Shown: positions 32,866 through 44,166 of the stretch, piece after piece
Layout: every line of letters starts with the position of its first letter
Position numbering within the stretch: the stretch's first letter is position 1
From: Picochlorum sp. SENEW3
Taxonomy: Eukaryota
DNA: 64,000 nucleotides
NCBI GenBank assembly: GCA_034226945.1
Contig: CP120454.1
Location: 1,240,001-1,304,000, forward strand
Direction of reading: 5' to 3'
The notes under the pieces: model-generated
What the model saw: the letters and a program-made list of their open reading frames with translations, nothing else
Database searches by the model: none
Told to the model about the DNA's origin: nothing
Program-made: the position numbers and the translations under genes

Positions 32866-35376
32866 ATGATGCGAGAACATTCTAGGCAGGGTGGTTTAGC
32901 AACGACACGCGTGGTGGCCACCCACGCTGTTCCAGACAAGAGCATTATTGACTTGGCATACGATCTCTCTCACCTGGATGACACCAACATATGGCCGTCG
33001 CAGGCGGAGATGATTGTGCCGGAAGGCGAGGTGATGGATGAGTTTGTTCAGAGATCCATTCTGGATTGGATGGACCATGGGTGCCATGCAAGCATTGTGC
33101 CTCTTGATGGCAGAGATGGGGATCAGATGGAGTGGATGGTATCCATGATTGAAGCTGCTGCTCGTGGGATGATAATCCGAAAGGTGAAAAAGGCAACGAG
33201 GGTGGGGTCTGGGAGTCGGCAGAGTGCGCCTGGGGAGTTGAAGGTTGGCATTGTTTGGAAGCGGGCTGATGGACAGGATTCTGACGCCATTATAGGGCGG
33301 AGTAGAAATTCAAGTGGGAGTAGCAGTGGTACGAGTACGCGTGGAGTGCAGGATGCGTGGCCGAGGGCTGTTGTCCAGGTGGGCAGTGCAGTGTCAGGAG
33401 GAGGAAATGAGGATGATGAACGCAGAGCGAGTGAGAGCATTGGCCATGTGATGCAGTTTCTGATCGATTCTAAGAGGAACAGGATACGAGAGGATTCTGT
33501 CATCTCGTTGGTGATGTATGATGAAGGGGACTGTGTGTTTGCCATGCTTCACTTTGTTGTTGCTCGGACACGAACTTCTTTCACAAACATGGTTAGTTTA
33601 ATCGAAGAAATAGGAGCTTTACACTCGAGGAAAAAAGCAGGAGATTATGTTCTAAAAATTGCGCAGTATTCTCCGTTGAATATGATTGCAGCACCGATTG
33701 TTGGGGGGAATACAAAACTTTTTATTGCACCATACAGTAAGAGTGATGGGGATGACATGTCGTTCGTCTCCAGCATTCTTTCGGTATGCTCGAGCTCACA
33801 GACTCTTCGAACAGATATTATATGGTGTGATGCGTATTCGTCGGTGCCATCGATTCCGGCGACAGGGAGCCCCCAGCAGAGTGCATACACCCCAGGAAGT
33901 GATTGGATTACTGTTGATGTTGACGGGCAACATGAAACAACGACAAAGAGCTTGCAGACGGCGTCTTTCTTGCATTCTCCATCTATCGAGTCCATGAAAG
34001 AAAGTTTGAAACTTCGATCATCTCAAACGTTGAACGAAGCGGTGAAAAGTGCCATGAAGCAAATGGCAAAGGAAGAATCTCCTACCCTGGCTGCCCGCCT
34101 TGATCATGAGCAGCCTGGCGATGATGTGCATGAGAAGAGGACCCTCGAGTTTCCATCGTTACGATCGTCATGGAACAGCAATGGTGATGTACATGGGCGT
34201 CGAAACCCTTTGGGACGGTCCTTATTCGGAGGATCTTTCAGAAAAGCTCCATGGAAACCCACGCGGGAATTCTCACCACATAGGATATCAAGGGACGTGT
34301 TCAGTAATATTCCAAGTGCAGAAGATGCTCGCCAGGAATCAGAGACATCCTTATCATTGAATAAGAATGCATCTACACAAGCTGACAGTGAAGATGATGG
34401 AGTGCCAGAATTCGTCGAGTCTGAGTATCTTGTGCATAGTGCAACACCATCAAAGGCCTCTGACGACCACGCTGATGCGCCTTGCTCATGTGAGGAAAAG
34501 GAAGAAGAACCACCATCATGCGATGTTCGAGACGAAGTACGGTTGGAAATAGAGCGACATGTGAATGAAAAATTACTCGAGACGATTCAAGAGCTGGAAC
34601 GGAAATTAGAATGGTCTGAGATTCAAAGGTTCCAGTTGGAGCACTCCAATCAGACGTCAGAGGATGTCATCCTTCAGGACATGGAATGCCACGACGCTAC
34701 ATCCATGTTGAAAGCGCTTCGCGAGGAAAGAAAGTCTTCAAAAAAGATGGAGCAAGAAGTTGCGTCTGCCAAGCATGACAAACTTGCCCTGGAAGTTGAG
34801 ATTGCATCAAAGGATAAGGAAATCTCGTTGCTGAGAGCACGAGTACATGCCCTTGAAAACCAGTCGGACCTTTCAGTCGCATTCAAGCTTTGTGAAGATG
34901 CCCTCGAGTCGGCACAGGAAGAAGCGAGACGACTCCGATGCGAAAACACCCATCTGAGCCAGCAGTTCATGACCCTTGAGGTGTCAAACATGCTCTCCTC
35001 GTACGCACCAATCCTCCCACAAGATGAAGACTATGATGTCGACAGCGCAGAAGGAAGAATTATTTATGAATTGAGCGAGAAAGTAAAATCAATGCAGCAG
35101 CAGCTGGCCAAGGTTGAGCAGCAAAAGGAAGACACAATGCAACAGCTGGAGCAATGCCAACGACAGGCCAGAAGCGTCCATGTGAATAAGAAAATGGCGA
35201 ACGAGGCACTCCGACGAGCATCACAGCTTCAGAAAAAACTTGATACTGTACAAGAGGAAGCACGTAGGCAAGGCCTAGCAATGGCAGACACAATAGCCAT
35301 GTATGAAGAGAGGATGCAGCAGCAACACATGGCCTACGCCCTGCCACACCAGCCAACCAACGGCATCACCGTATGA
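32866..35376 (+). CDS. Coiled-coil protein with a degenerate kinesin-like N-terminal domain
   Basis: SPLNMIAAPIVGGNTKLFI resembles kinesin SKLTxLLxDSLGGNxKTxMI; no P-loop or DLAGSE; long C-terminal heptads. Confidence 0.6.
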   Translation: MMREHSRQGGLATTRVVATHAVPDKSIIDLAYDLSHLDDTNIWPSQAEMIVPEGEVMDEFVQRSILDWMDHGCHASIVPLDGRDGDQMEWMVSMIEAAARGMIIRKVKKATRVGSGSRQSAPGELKVGIVWKRADGQDSDAIIGRSRNSSGSSSGTSTRGVQDAWPRAVVQVGSAVSGGGNEDDERRASESIGHVMQFLIDSKRNRIREDSVISLVMYDEGDCVFAMLHFVVARTRTSFTNMVSLIEEIGALHSRKKAGDYVLKIAQYSPLNMIAAPIVGGNTKLFIAPYSKSDGDDMSFVSSILSVCSSSQTLRTDIIWCDAYSSVPSIPATGSPQQSAYTPGSDWITVDVDGQHETTTKSLQTASFLHSPSIESMKESLKLRSSQTLNEAVKSAMKQMAKEESPTLAARLDHEQPGDDVHEKRTLEFPSLRSSWNSNGDVHGRRNPLGRSLFGGSFRKAPWKPTREFSPHRISRDVFSNIPSAEDARQESETSLSLNKNASTQADSEDDGVPEFVESEYLVHSATPSKASDDHADAPCSCEEKEEEPPSCDVRDEVRLEIERHVNEKLLETIQELERKLEWSEIQRFQLEHSNQTSEDVILQDMECHDATSMLKALREERKSSKKMEQEVASAKHDKLALEVEIASKDKEISLLRARVHALENQSDLSVAFKLCEDALESAQEEARRLRCENTHLSQQFMTLEVSNMLSSYAPILPQDEDYDVDSAEGRIIYELSEKVKSMQQQLAKVEQQKEDTMQQLEQCQRQARSVHVNKKMANEALRRASQLQKKLDTVQEEARRQGLAMADTIAMYEERMQQQHMAYALPHQPTNGITV

Positions 35377-35398
35377 TTTTTTGTTCGCATACAATATA

Positions 35399-36447
35399 TT
35401 ACAGGGTTGCTTCTACTTCATCTAATGATAAATATCCAGCTTTGACTCTATTTCTAGACACGCATTCTCTATCATTCGCAGCGCATGGCTCGCAATGCCC
35501 ACATGCATGCCGACATGTTCCCAAGTGAAACGCATCTCCCAACATGTACTTGGGATTCCGTTCGCACTCACCCTGCTTTGCCCACAATTCACACGTGTCA
35601 TCATAATCTTCGCAATGATCAGGGAAACGAGGCACATCTATATCCTTTCCTAAAGATTCCGGCCGAAATGGTGCTGTGTGAATCCAAATAGTCCCAGTCC
35701 ACTTGACCCCCGTGATCACTGGACACCCAGTGTGGAGTCCAGCTGGATCGCTCGACCCATCCGGCTTCAAACTATAAAACAACAGCGCATCACCCTTTTT
35801 CGGCTTCACAGCAACCGCACCTTCTGCACACGCACTGAGAGACTGCCTCTGGCCTGGTGCTGTCCTCACACCCCCACCTCCATTTCGTGTCTGCACACAC
35901 ATTCTTCTTGTATTATTATTACCAACAACAATCACCACATCATGCATGCATGGAGATTATCACTGCATACCTTTGGAAACGCCGTCTCGCCACCCTCCTC
36001 CACATCACTCAAATATAAAATCACAGTAGCCATCCGAGGCGTATCCTCAATCAAAGAATCATAGTGCTCTCCATACTTTTGGCCATGAGCATACCGCAAC
36101 ACCTGCATATCCTCCTGATGCGACAGATTCAACTGCGTCCAAAACGCAACCCTCTTCTGAACCTCTCCAATGATTGGATCCTGCAACCGAGACAGAAACG
36201 TCCCATAACTTGTCCGAATACTATCCTCAACGTCCCCTCCGTTCCTCCCAACCACCGTGGACCGGTGCATCATCGGCTTTCCTACTCGTATAATATGGTC
36301 CGCTTCCTCCATAGATATAAAATTATGATATAAAAAAGCCCTTGGAGACCAAGACAACGTCTCTATCCAAGGCGCTTGTGACGAATCACCCAACCCTGTT
36401 GTCACAGCGAGGCTCACTGTCATCAACAAGAATGTCAACCAAACCAT
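35399..36447 (-). CDS. P4H: Prolyl 4-hydroxylase with C-terminal ShKT domain; exons 36447-35971, 35890-35399
   Basis: LSWSPRAFLYHNF, RTSYGTFL, HYD, YLSDVEEGGETAFP, LHTGCPVITGVKW; ShK CELWAKQGECERNPKYM...CRHACGHC. Confidence 0.93.
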
Positions 36448-36775
36448 CTCTACTAGTAAATTTCTACATGAATTCAACGTTGTTCATCTGGAGATGGAAT
36501 CCCTGTGGTCTATTACTCTCTGTATCGGAGACACGTGACACCGAGTGAGCCCCGTGCTTATTATTATTTACGTCTGCAAAAGATTCCTTATTCAAGGGGC
36601 GTCGTCGTTCGACTGAAATATTACAGAAAAAGGTGAATCTTTTTTTAAAATACAGGAACAGGGATTTTCATACATACAGTTTCCAAAAATGATGTCACAC
36701 TGCATGAAGACTCACTGGCCAGTGCCATGGCATGATGGATCTGATGATCAGTGATGATGGCATTGTTCCAATCCT

Positions 36776-37267
36776 CTAATCATCATCGTCGTCGTCATCA
36801 TCGTCGTCATCATAATCATCATCGCGACGACGGCGATCGTCGTCATCTCTGCAAATGTCATTCAGCTGTTCAAAGCGTGGTCCTCCATCTTCCTCATAGA
36901 TGCGAGCCTGGAGCAGAATGGCATCCCTGTCGGTTTTGTAGCATGGAATGCTGACATCAGCAACGAGAGCATACGCTCTCGACTGATACTCATTCTCACA
37001 GACGATCAAGACATCATTGACAGTCCCTTCACAGTCCAATCGTCTCCTCCTGATAAACTCCTTGAGAGCGCCCTCTGCCCATGCGTCAGCATCGGATGGG
37101 TTGGCATCTCTGTATGCCGACAAGGACTCGTAGTTGCATTTAGAAAAGGATTGGGGAAGACCGGTTCCTCCAGAACAGGCACCGCCTCCATTATTGCCAT
37201 AGGCGCGGCCCAAAAAGGAAACCCCTCCCACAAGGTAGAGCGCACAGAGCGCTGTTGTTGTCTTCAT
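36776..37267 (-). CDS. Small secreted Cys-containing orphan protein with acidic tail
   Basis: Signal peptide MKTTTALCALYLVGGVSFLGRAYG, six Cys in the mature part, poly-Asp C-terminus. Confidence 0.7.
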   Translation of the reverse strand: MKTTTALCALYLVGGVSFLGRAYGNNGGGACSGGTGLPQSFSKCNYESLSAYRDANPSDADAWAEGALKEFIRRRRLDCEGTVNDVLIVCENEYQSRAYALVADVSIPCYKTDRDAILLQARIYEEDGGPRFEQLNDICRDDDDRRRRDDDYDDDDDDDDDDD

Positions 37268-37754
37268 TGTCTTTTGTTTCGATCAATACACGTGAATGAA
37301 TTTGTCAAGGGTTTCAGGATTGTATTGGTATAATGATTATAGGTATGGCTTGCACAATGCTTAACCCTACGATGATTGTGATATTTCTTGGATGGCTCAA
37401 CCTCGTCAGATCTTCCAACACATGCAGCCTTCCCGCTTCTCTTCTTGCAGTTTACTCGACCCACCTCCCACATCGCGAGTAGCATGCTAAACATGGTACA
37501 TACATGATATATAGAGAAGTAAAGAGACATTGCCGATGATAGATAGATATGTGCAAAGGTATCGATGATTGCTACACTTCTTCTTCTGGAGCATGACTAT
37601 GGTCCAACAACATTGCATGGACGGAACCCCGCGGAGGTATCCAGCTGGATCGCAACACAGTAATATTACAGTATTGCGGACATCAGGTCGACCTTCTCGA
37701 GAATCTTTTTTCTTCATTTTTATATGGAGCGTAGTACTCTTTAGAATTAAGGAT

Positions 37755-39245
37755 ATGCCGTATTGCAACGGCTCGGGAGGACTCGACAACTTGTGGCGCT
37801 TTCTTTTGCCCGGCGTATGCTTCTTTCTCGGGGTTTTGTTGGCATGGCATATCAGATTGGAGTATCACGATGGAAATATTAGATTATTCTTTGCATCAAT
37901 TGAATCGGAACAATGCTCAGGCACAGTACGTCATCTTCGGGACAGAGACTTGCGTTATCCACAGCACACACCCAGTCATCATGATGTAAACATTGATATG
38001 GGAATCGTGTCATACGGCGACACAACCAGAATGCGAAAATTCGTTAGAAAGCTTGCAGCCAATAAACCCGTCACTGTAACCCTCGTGGGCGGCTCCATAA
38101 CTTGGGGGCAGGGAGCCTCTGATAGGAAGAAGACCTCATGGGGAGGACTTTTCTTCACCTGGATAAACACCACATATCCTCACGCAAACCATATTCTCGT
38201 GAACGCAGCAGTACCTGGAACTCCCAGCTCCTACATGGCTCTATGCTGGAGATTTTATATTCCACGAGACCCGGATCTGATCATTGTTGAATACAATGTC
38301 AATGATGGTGGAGACAAGTCAAATGATAGCCCCATGCGGCGGGCCCATGAAAGGCTGTTAAGATCGTTGCTATCACTAGAAAGCAAGCCGGCTGTGATTG
38401 AGAATGTGGTTATGAGAATCCCAGAAGAGACGATACCAGAACCTCGGTACAAGAATGCTGGTGGAGATGATCAGATTGGTACATTGGCCCAATACTATCA
38501 CCTTCCCTGGATTTCCACGCGATCTCTCATGTGGGCCAGCATGTATCACGCCGAAAAAGCCAAAAGAATAAACTATACGGATTGGATGGCAGATCGAGAT
38601 CACCCAAACGATACCGGGCACAGATATATCGCAAACCTCCTCATTGCTCTTGTACAGAGGACTCCAGCAACTGTTTGGGCAGGTGACGAGAAGAGCCTTG
38701 CAGAGCCTTTGCACCTTCCATTGTATGCAAATAACTTTGAGACTATCAATAACACGTGTATTGTGATGGGGGAATTCATGAAGCATGTTACTACGTCGAA
38801 AGGTTTTGAATGGAAAAATGAAGGCACTCAACAGAAGCAAAAGTATGGCCTCATTGGGATGCAGCCGGACGCATATTTTCATTTCCTGTTGAACACAGCT
38901 GAGAATATAGAATATAATACCCGAGGAGATTTCTCAAAAGTTTCAATCGCGTATTTAGCATCGTATGAGCATATGGGAATGTTTGAAGTCAGGTGCATCT
39001 CTGGCTGTCGCTGTGAGAATCTAGTCGTAGACGGCCATAAGAAGGAGCATAATTCTCAACTCTTCACTGCTGCATTGGATGTATCGAAGAGTGATTCGTG
39101 TTTGCTGAAATTCAGAGTTTTGAATTCGACCAGCTCTGGTGCTTGGAAGGTCAAAGTGGCAGGAGTCATCCTGTCACCAGAGCATGATGACCCCTCTGCT
39201 TCAATGTATTTTGCAGTTGAACATCATGGAATTTCTAATGAATGA
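37755..39245 (+). CDS. SGNH/GDSL hydrolase-family type II membrane protein (CAP64-like)
   Basis: Blocks VGGSIT, NAAVPGT, VEYNVND, DRDHPNDTGH; N-terminal TM anchor. Confidence 0.85.
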   Translation: MPYCNGSGGLDNLWRFLLPGVCFFLGVLLAWHIRLEYHDGNIRLFFASIESEQCSGTVRHLRDRDLRYPQHTPSHHDVNIDMGIVSYGDTTRMRKFVRKLAANKPVTVTLVGGSITWGQGASDRKKTSWGGLFFTWINTTYPHANHILVNAAVPGTPSSYMALCWRFYIPRDPDLIIVEYNVNDGGDKSNDSPMRRAHERLLRSLLSLESKPAVIENVVMRIPEETIPEPRYKNAGGDDQIGTLAQYYHLPWISTRSLMWASMYHAEKAKRINYTDWMADRDHPNDTGHRYIANLLIALVQRTPATVWAGDEKSLAEPLHLPLYANNFETINNTCIVMGEFMKHVTTSKGFEWKNEGTQQKQKYGLIGMQPDAYFHFLLNTAENIEYNTRGDFSKVSIAYLASYEHMGMFEVRCISGCRCENLVVDGHKKEHNSQLFTAALDVSKSDSCLLKFRVLNSTSSGAWKVKVAGVILSPEHDDPSASMYFAVEHHGISNE

Positions 39246-39595
39246 TCTCAGAATGACTCATGACTATGTATGCTCATATATATTTGGCTCCGTCTCTGTA
39301 ATGAAGCGCAACCCAAGGTACCATGCAGCTTGACTGACTCATTTTGAAAATGACATTTTTCATGAAAACCTCTGAACAGGTCATCCACCGGTGGAGGCTC
39401 ATGCATGCCAATCAACCACCTGTTCACCGGTGGCGCAGCATCCAAGACGACACATAATATATATAAAATAGCAGATATTGTTGACTCTCGCAGCATACGC
39501 CCCTGGTTTTAATAGTACGACCGACACGTTCGCGATCGTGACTCACGAGTCGTCAACTTGATTCTTCTTCTTGACGAGTGTGGATTCCAGTAGAT

Positions 39596-40246
39596 ATGAC
39601 GAAAAAAGTGTGCGCTGATTTACTGTTGTCGGCGAATACAAGGAGACAAAGGGGAAATGCTCTATTTAGGCAAGGACAGTATGAATTGGCTTTAGAGGCG
39701 TACCAAGACATTGTCGATGATATGGACGCGTTCTTCAAGGACAATGCTGTCGCTGAGAATGGTATCATGGATTCTCAAGATCATATGGAGATCATGATTG
39801 CAAAGGTTCCGGTGGAATTGAACATTTCTGCATGCTATTCCAAACTGGAACGACATGAGGACACCATTCGCATATCTACACGGGTCTTGTCCTATAATAC
39901 CATGTTTATCAAGCGGCTGCAGCATGCAAAGATGTATTATCGACGTGCACAGGCTTTTGCTGCGCAGAAAAAGTATATGGATGCGTTTGCTGATTTCGAC
40001 AAGGCCATGCTTGTTGCTGCCGAGGACCAGACCATACGGGATGCGTCCAAAAAGGTTACTCGGGAGTGGGCTGAGAGGGTGAAAGAATCTGGGTGTGTGA
40101 GTGATGCGGAGAGGGCAGAATATGAGTATTATTGTGCGAAAGGGTTGCGTCCTGGAGAGGATAGATATCGTAAGGATGCTCCATATACAACGGTTCTCCC
40201 AGGGATGGGGGAAGCTCTCAGAAAGAGTGGTGCTTTTAACTACTAA
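39596..40246 (+). CDS. TPR co-chaperone-like protein (FKBP/Cyp40-type 3-TPR domain only)
   Basis: RQRGNALFRQGQYELALEAY, LNISACYSKL, KMYYRRAQA carboxylate-clamp pattern. Confidence 0.8.
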   Translation: MTKKVCADLLLSANTRRQRGNALFRQGQYELALEAYQDIVDDMDAFFKDNAVAENGIMDSQDHMEIMIAKVPVELNISACYSKLERHEDTIRISTRVLSYNTMFIKRLQHAKMYYRRAQAFAAQKKYMDAFADFDKAMLVAAEDQTIRDASKKVTREWAERVKESGCVSDAERAEYEYYCAKGLRPGEDRYRKDAPYTTVLPGMGEALRKSGAFNY

Positions 40247-40705
40247 TGTACTTTTTCGTGAGCGAAGGAACTGAGTGATTTAGGAGTGTGTATATAGAAG
40301 AACAGTCAGTTGTATTGATTTATACATATATACAGAGGAAACAAGAGAGCATTGGATGCTTCACATGCATCCACGAGTGCTGTTAATGTATCAACGATAT
40401 GAGAAGATGAGTCTGAAATGCACGCCCTGTATGCAGAGTGATTCGTTCGTGTTTGCTGACTTGTTTTTGTTTCATCGAGGCATTCACCTGAACAATGGTT
40501 GTTGCCCACGTGTCATAATACACGACGACTACGATCAATGGCGTTTTTTAATTTCTATTATATGTATTGTATCATACATATCCAATGCATGCATTCTTTC
40601 AGTCAGTATTTTACAGCAGATTGAGTAAACTGATTTGGTCAAAAAATATTCATATAGGTAGTTCCTCTGCAAAAGGCAACTTCAGCAGCCGTGAATAGGT
40701 GATGA

Positions 40706-41227
40706 TCACTTCTTCTTTTTGCACTGGCCGTTTTTCTTCAACTTGTACCCAGAATCGCACTTTTTGCACTTTGTACCTTTGGAGTTGCATTTGGTGCAGT
40801 TTTTCGGGCACTTGTTTCGAGTTTTGATATCTTTGGCGCAGATATCCTCATCATCTTTGGTTCTGTACAGAGAGAAACCATCTTCACACTGGTCACAATA
40901 TTTTGGTGATCCATCTTCACAGTTCTCTGGAGGCTCGTCCGTTCCATAATTGATACACATTTCCCTGTCTTCACGTTCCTCGTCAAAGAAACACGTGTAA
41001 CACTTTGTGTCGGAGCATTTTTGGCAGGTTTTGCCTATAGAGCCAAACTTTCCCTTCTTATTGGCGAGGCCGTAACCAGGTGCACATCCTCCACACAACC
41101 CATTACTTGCATTACAGCAATTTTTCACAGAACCGTCTCCTCCGTCGCAACTCTTTGGTTCTGCCTGGCAACCAGCTGTCGCCAGTAGCATCAACATGGC
41201 ACCCAAGAGCAAAAAGATACGAGACAT
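40706..41227 (-). CDS. Secreted Cys-rich protein with furin-like/CxxC repeats
   Basis: Signal peptide; repeated CxxC..CxxCxxG(Y/F)xL units. Confidence 0.8.
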   Translation of the reverse strand: MSRIFLLLGAMLMLLATAGCQAEPKSCDGGDGSVKNCCNASNGLCGGCAPGYGLANKKGKFGSIGKTCQKCSDTKCYTCFFDEEREDREMCINYGTDEPPENCEDGSPKYCDQCEDGFSLYRTKDDEDICAKDIKTRNKCPKNCTKCNSKGTKCKKCDSGYKLKKNGQCKKKK

Positions 41228-42779
41228 GTTCGGTTTGACTTATACCGCTTTCGAATACAAAAGAGACAATCTTTTATATGAAAAAAGATTTAGTATTACC
41301 AATAAATATATATGCATGTGTATCTGTCTTGGGATATTCAGGAGAGATGCTGATGTAGATCTGCTCTAGAGTCCCTTGTGGGCTCATTACAATTAGAGTA
41401 CAATATAATACACAGGTGCGCCATCCTCCCAATCCTTTGATTCTATCATCACCAGATACACCCATATGGATGCAATCAAGGATATGCACGTTACACGAAC
41501 TATGAATGTAAAACTCGGATGTATCCAAAATCTAGAGGGGACTTTAGTCACTCTCCTAGGGGCTGTCCACACAGTGCATGCATGTATGGACGATATATCG
41601 CTGACGTCCAGATGCGCATAATATAGATGGTTCCAGTGGCGCCTCACCCTGGCGAATGCCACAACTGCAGCGCAGCCGACGTTGAGCCGACTCCCTCGAT
41701 TGATTGATCATCATGATGAGCAGGCTCCTGGTCCCCACGTGCGAACGTGTGGCATACCTGCAATGGGAAGACAGTGCATCTTGTATGCGCAACTCATTCA
41801 TATTCAATCCTGCATCCCATCGGTCTTGCTTGATCTGCGCGTAGCAGTCGTCGTTGCACTTTTCCATCAGGTGCGAGGCCTCAACCAACCCCATGCAGAG
41901 CTTCTTCCTGCTCATTCTTGTACCACGACGCTCCCCATGTGCCCTCCTCCAAACATCACACCACTATCAAAGTCTCAGGCTCGTATCCGACGGCATCCCC
42001 GCGATCGACATTAACATCGCCCTACCCTTTCAAGTCTGGGGCTGGTTGCTCAACCACCTTCTCATTCCCACCCGCTGCTGAGGGCGTCGTCCCACCCTGT
42101 CCACCCGAAGTATTATTTCTACGGTTTTTACGAGCCTTTTTCTTGGTGGGTTGCGGTTTGGGAAAGCTGATGTCGCGGTATTTCCTCCCGTATCTGATCT
42201 CTTTCCACACCAGTTTTCGAGGTCTCGGCATCCTGATCACGTGCGCTCACACTCCTCCCATTACTATGTCTTCTGGGAATCAGAATATTCTGTCCGTATT
42301 CGAACGAAGAGACGAGGAGGTCCCAGAAACGTGATTTCCGAATTACTCCGTCCACATGGGCCTCCACAACAACGAGGATCTACCCACTTTATACAACGTT
42401 GCCAGGGGAGGAATACAGTTGTATGTGCTCAAAATTATTTCCTAGTAGCGAAAGTATACTACTATCGAGGTATGGATTCATGAGATGATACATTCAAGAG
42501 CTGCGACGTCGACAACATCACAATCGGATCGTAACTGACCAGTTTAAAATTCTGGCCACTATACACTCTCGTATGGATATACTAGAGTTTATATGTATTA
42601 TTTATGCATAGTAAATACCATTCCTATGGTATGTATGGCTGAATATCGCCATACGAATGGTCAAGACGTCGCCTTGGTCGAGGACACTCACAGTCTTGTA
42701 TATTTGCTTATGCAGACGAGCGTTGCGCCAAATAGCTGAGATATTCACAGAGAAGTAAGTTTCAGTCAAGGAAGCAAGA

Positions 42780-43179
42780 ATGGACGAGTCCAGTGCCGAA
42801 GTGAAGCCAAAGATTGAGCAGGGAGATGATGGAACCTTGTCCATCAAGGTCAGGGACCAGCAGAATGGAGAAGTTGTGTTCAAGGTGAAGCGTTCTACTC
42901 GGTTTAAGCGAGTTTTGGATGCTTTCTGTAATAAAAAGAGCTGGGACAGTGCTCAGGTGAGGTTTGCATATGAAGGGCAGAGGGTTCAAGAGGACATGAC
43001 CCCTGATGACTTGGGCATGGAGAATAATGATGTACGTGTTTTTGTTTTTGCTGTATATATATATTATATACACGTTTTTGGGATGATGACGAATATATAC
43101 TATGCATGATATATGTATTATACTGCAGTGCATTGATGCCTTCTTGGAGCAGATTGGTGGTGGCTCTTGTGCATGGTGA
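42780..43179 (+). CDS. SUMO: Small ubiquitin-like modifier; exons 42780-43031, 43129-43179
   Basis: EVVFKVKRSTRF, RFAYEGQR, TPDDLGMENND|CIDAFLEQIGG followed by the GSCAW extension; canonical intron. Confidence 0.95.
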
Positions 43180-43269
43180 TTGGTATTCTTTGAACAAGGT
43201 GGCATAGCTTTTTTCATATTTGCATGGTATATAGATATCTACATGTGACGCATTCATTGCACGTATCAA

Positions 43270-44166
43270 CTACTCAGAACACATTGAAAGATTCTGAGCA
43301 GTCCTAATATCTCTGTTTGGAGGACTCAATGGGAATTTCTGAGAGCTCAATCCCAGACCGATGCCTAGCGTATAGAGCATGGATTTGCAACTCTCCGCAT
43401 CAAACTTGTTGCCGTCAGGCATGCAAATACAGAATGTGAAGAGCCTTCCCGTTCCCTTGTAGCTAAACATGAGGCTATTGTTTGTCATTGTCTCACCGCC
43501 AAAAGAGTCGCTCCCCTGAATCAATCCTTCCATGATGCGAATATTCAACCCACTCAGTATGGACGCAATGGTCAGCATTTGACCTGGTGTTCGAGAGCTT
43601 TCTTCTACGCTAAGCACAGTATACTGCGGGTGTTCCGAATTCGAAATCGTAATAGGCCCAAGGATGAATTCAGTCTGCATCTCATCCTCTGGTTTTGGTG
43701 AACAGTAGGCAAGGTAATCACTCAACCTCTCCACGACTGTCTTCGCTGCAGACGTACTCAACTTTTTGCCAGATATCGTTCTAACCCAGAATGAATTATA
43801 CGCCACATTCTCGTCATCCGTGTGCATGGTGGCATGATCAGCAACGACATCCAGAGCATTTAGACACCATGCAATCACCCGCATCAATCCAGGATAATCT
43901 AAAATCTCGATATTCACAACCGTGTATTTATCATTGCTTTCATTATCCACTGAAACGAGTGGTGTCACGCACCAACTATCATCAGGACTGATGCTAGCTC
44001 TGAGAATACCCAATAAGGGTCTCTGTGCACGTGTCCTATTCACCTGCAGGTGGTCGTGCCTTCTTGGAGCCACATACAGGTTCTGGCGGTATTGGCCAAT
44101 ACCTGGAGCTGCATGTAAAGTATGCATCGTACTTGATCTTTGTTGCAGTATTGAGACTATAGACAT
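43270..44166 (-). CDS. Plastid ACT-domain repeat protein (ACR11/12-like)
   Basis: Transit-peptide-like N-terminus; two ACT units (VDNESNDKYTVVNIEILDYPGLM and ISNSEHPQYTVLSVEESSRTPGQM). Confidence 0.8.
   Translation of the reverse strand: MSIVSILQQRSSTMHTLHAAPGIGQYRQNLYVAPRRHDHLQVNRTRAQRPLLGILRASISPDDSWCVTPLVSVDNESNDKYTVVNIEILDYPGLMRVIAWCLNALDVVADHATMHTDDENVAYNSFWVRTISGKKLSTSAAKTVVERLSDYLAYCSPKPEDEMQTEFILGPITISNSEHPQYTVLSVEESSRTPGQMLTIASILSGLNIRIMEGLIQGSDSFGGETMTNNSLMFSYKGTGRLFTFCICMPDGNKFDAESCKSMLYTLGIGLGLSSQKFPLSPPNRDIRTAQNLSMCSE

Noticed and set aside
41550..42030. Multi-UGA selenoprotein (a frame containing IVV*C and several TGA codons)
   Set aside because: The frame is first closed by TAG, shows no selenoprotein similarity, and I saw no SECIS; TGA is a common chance stop.
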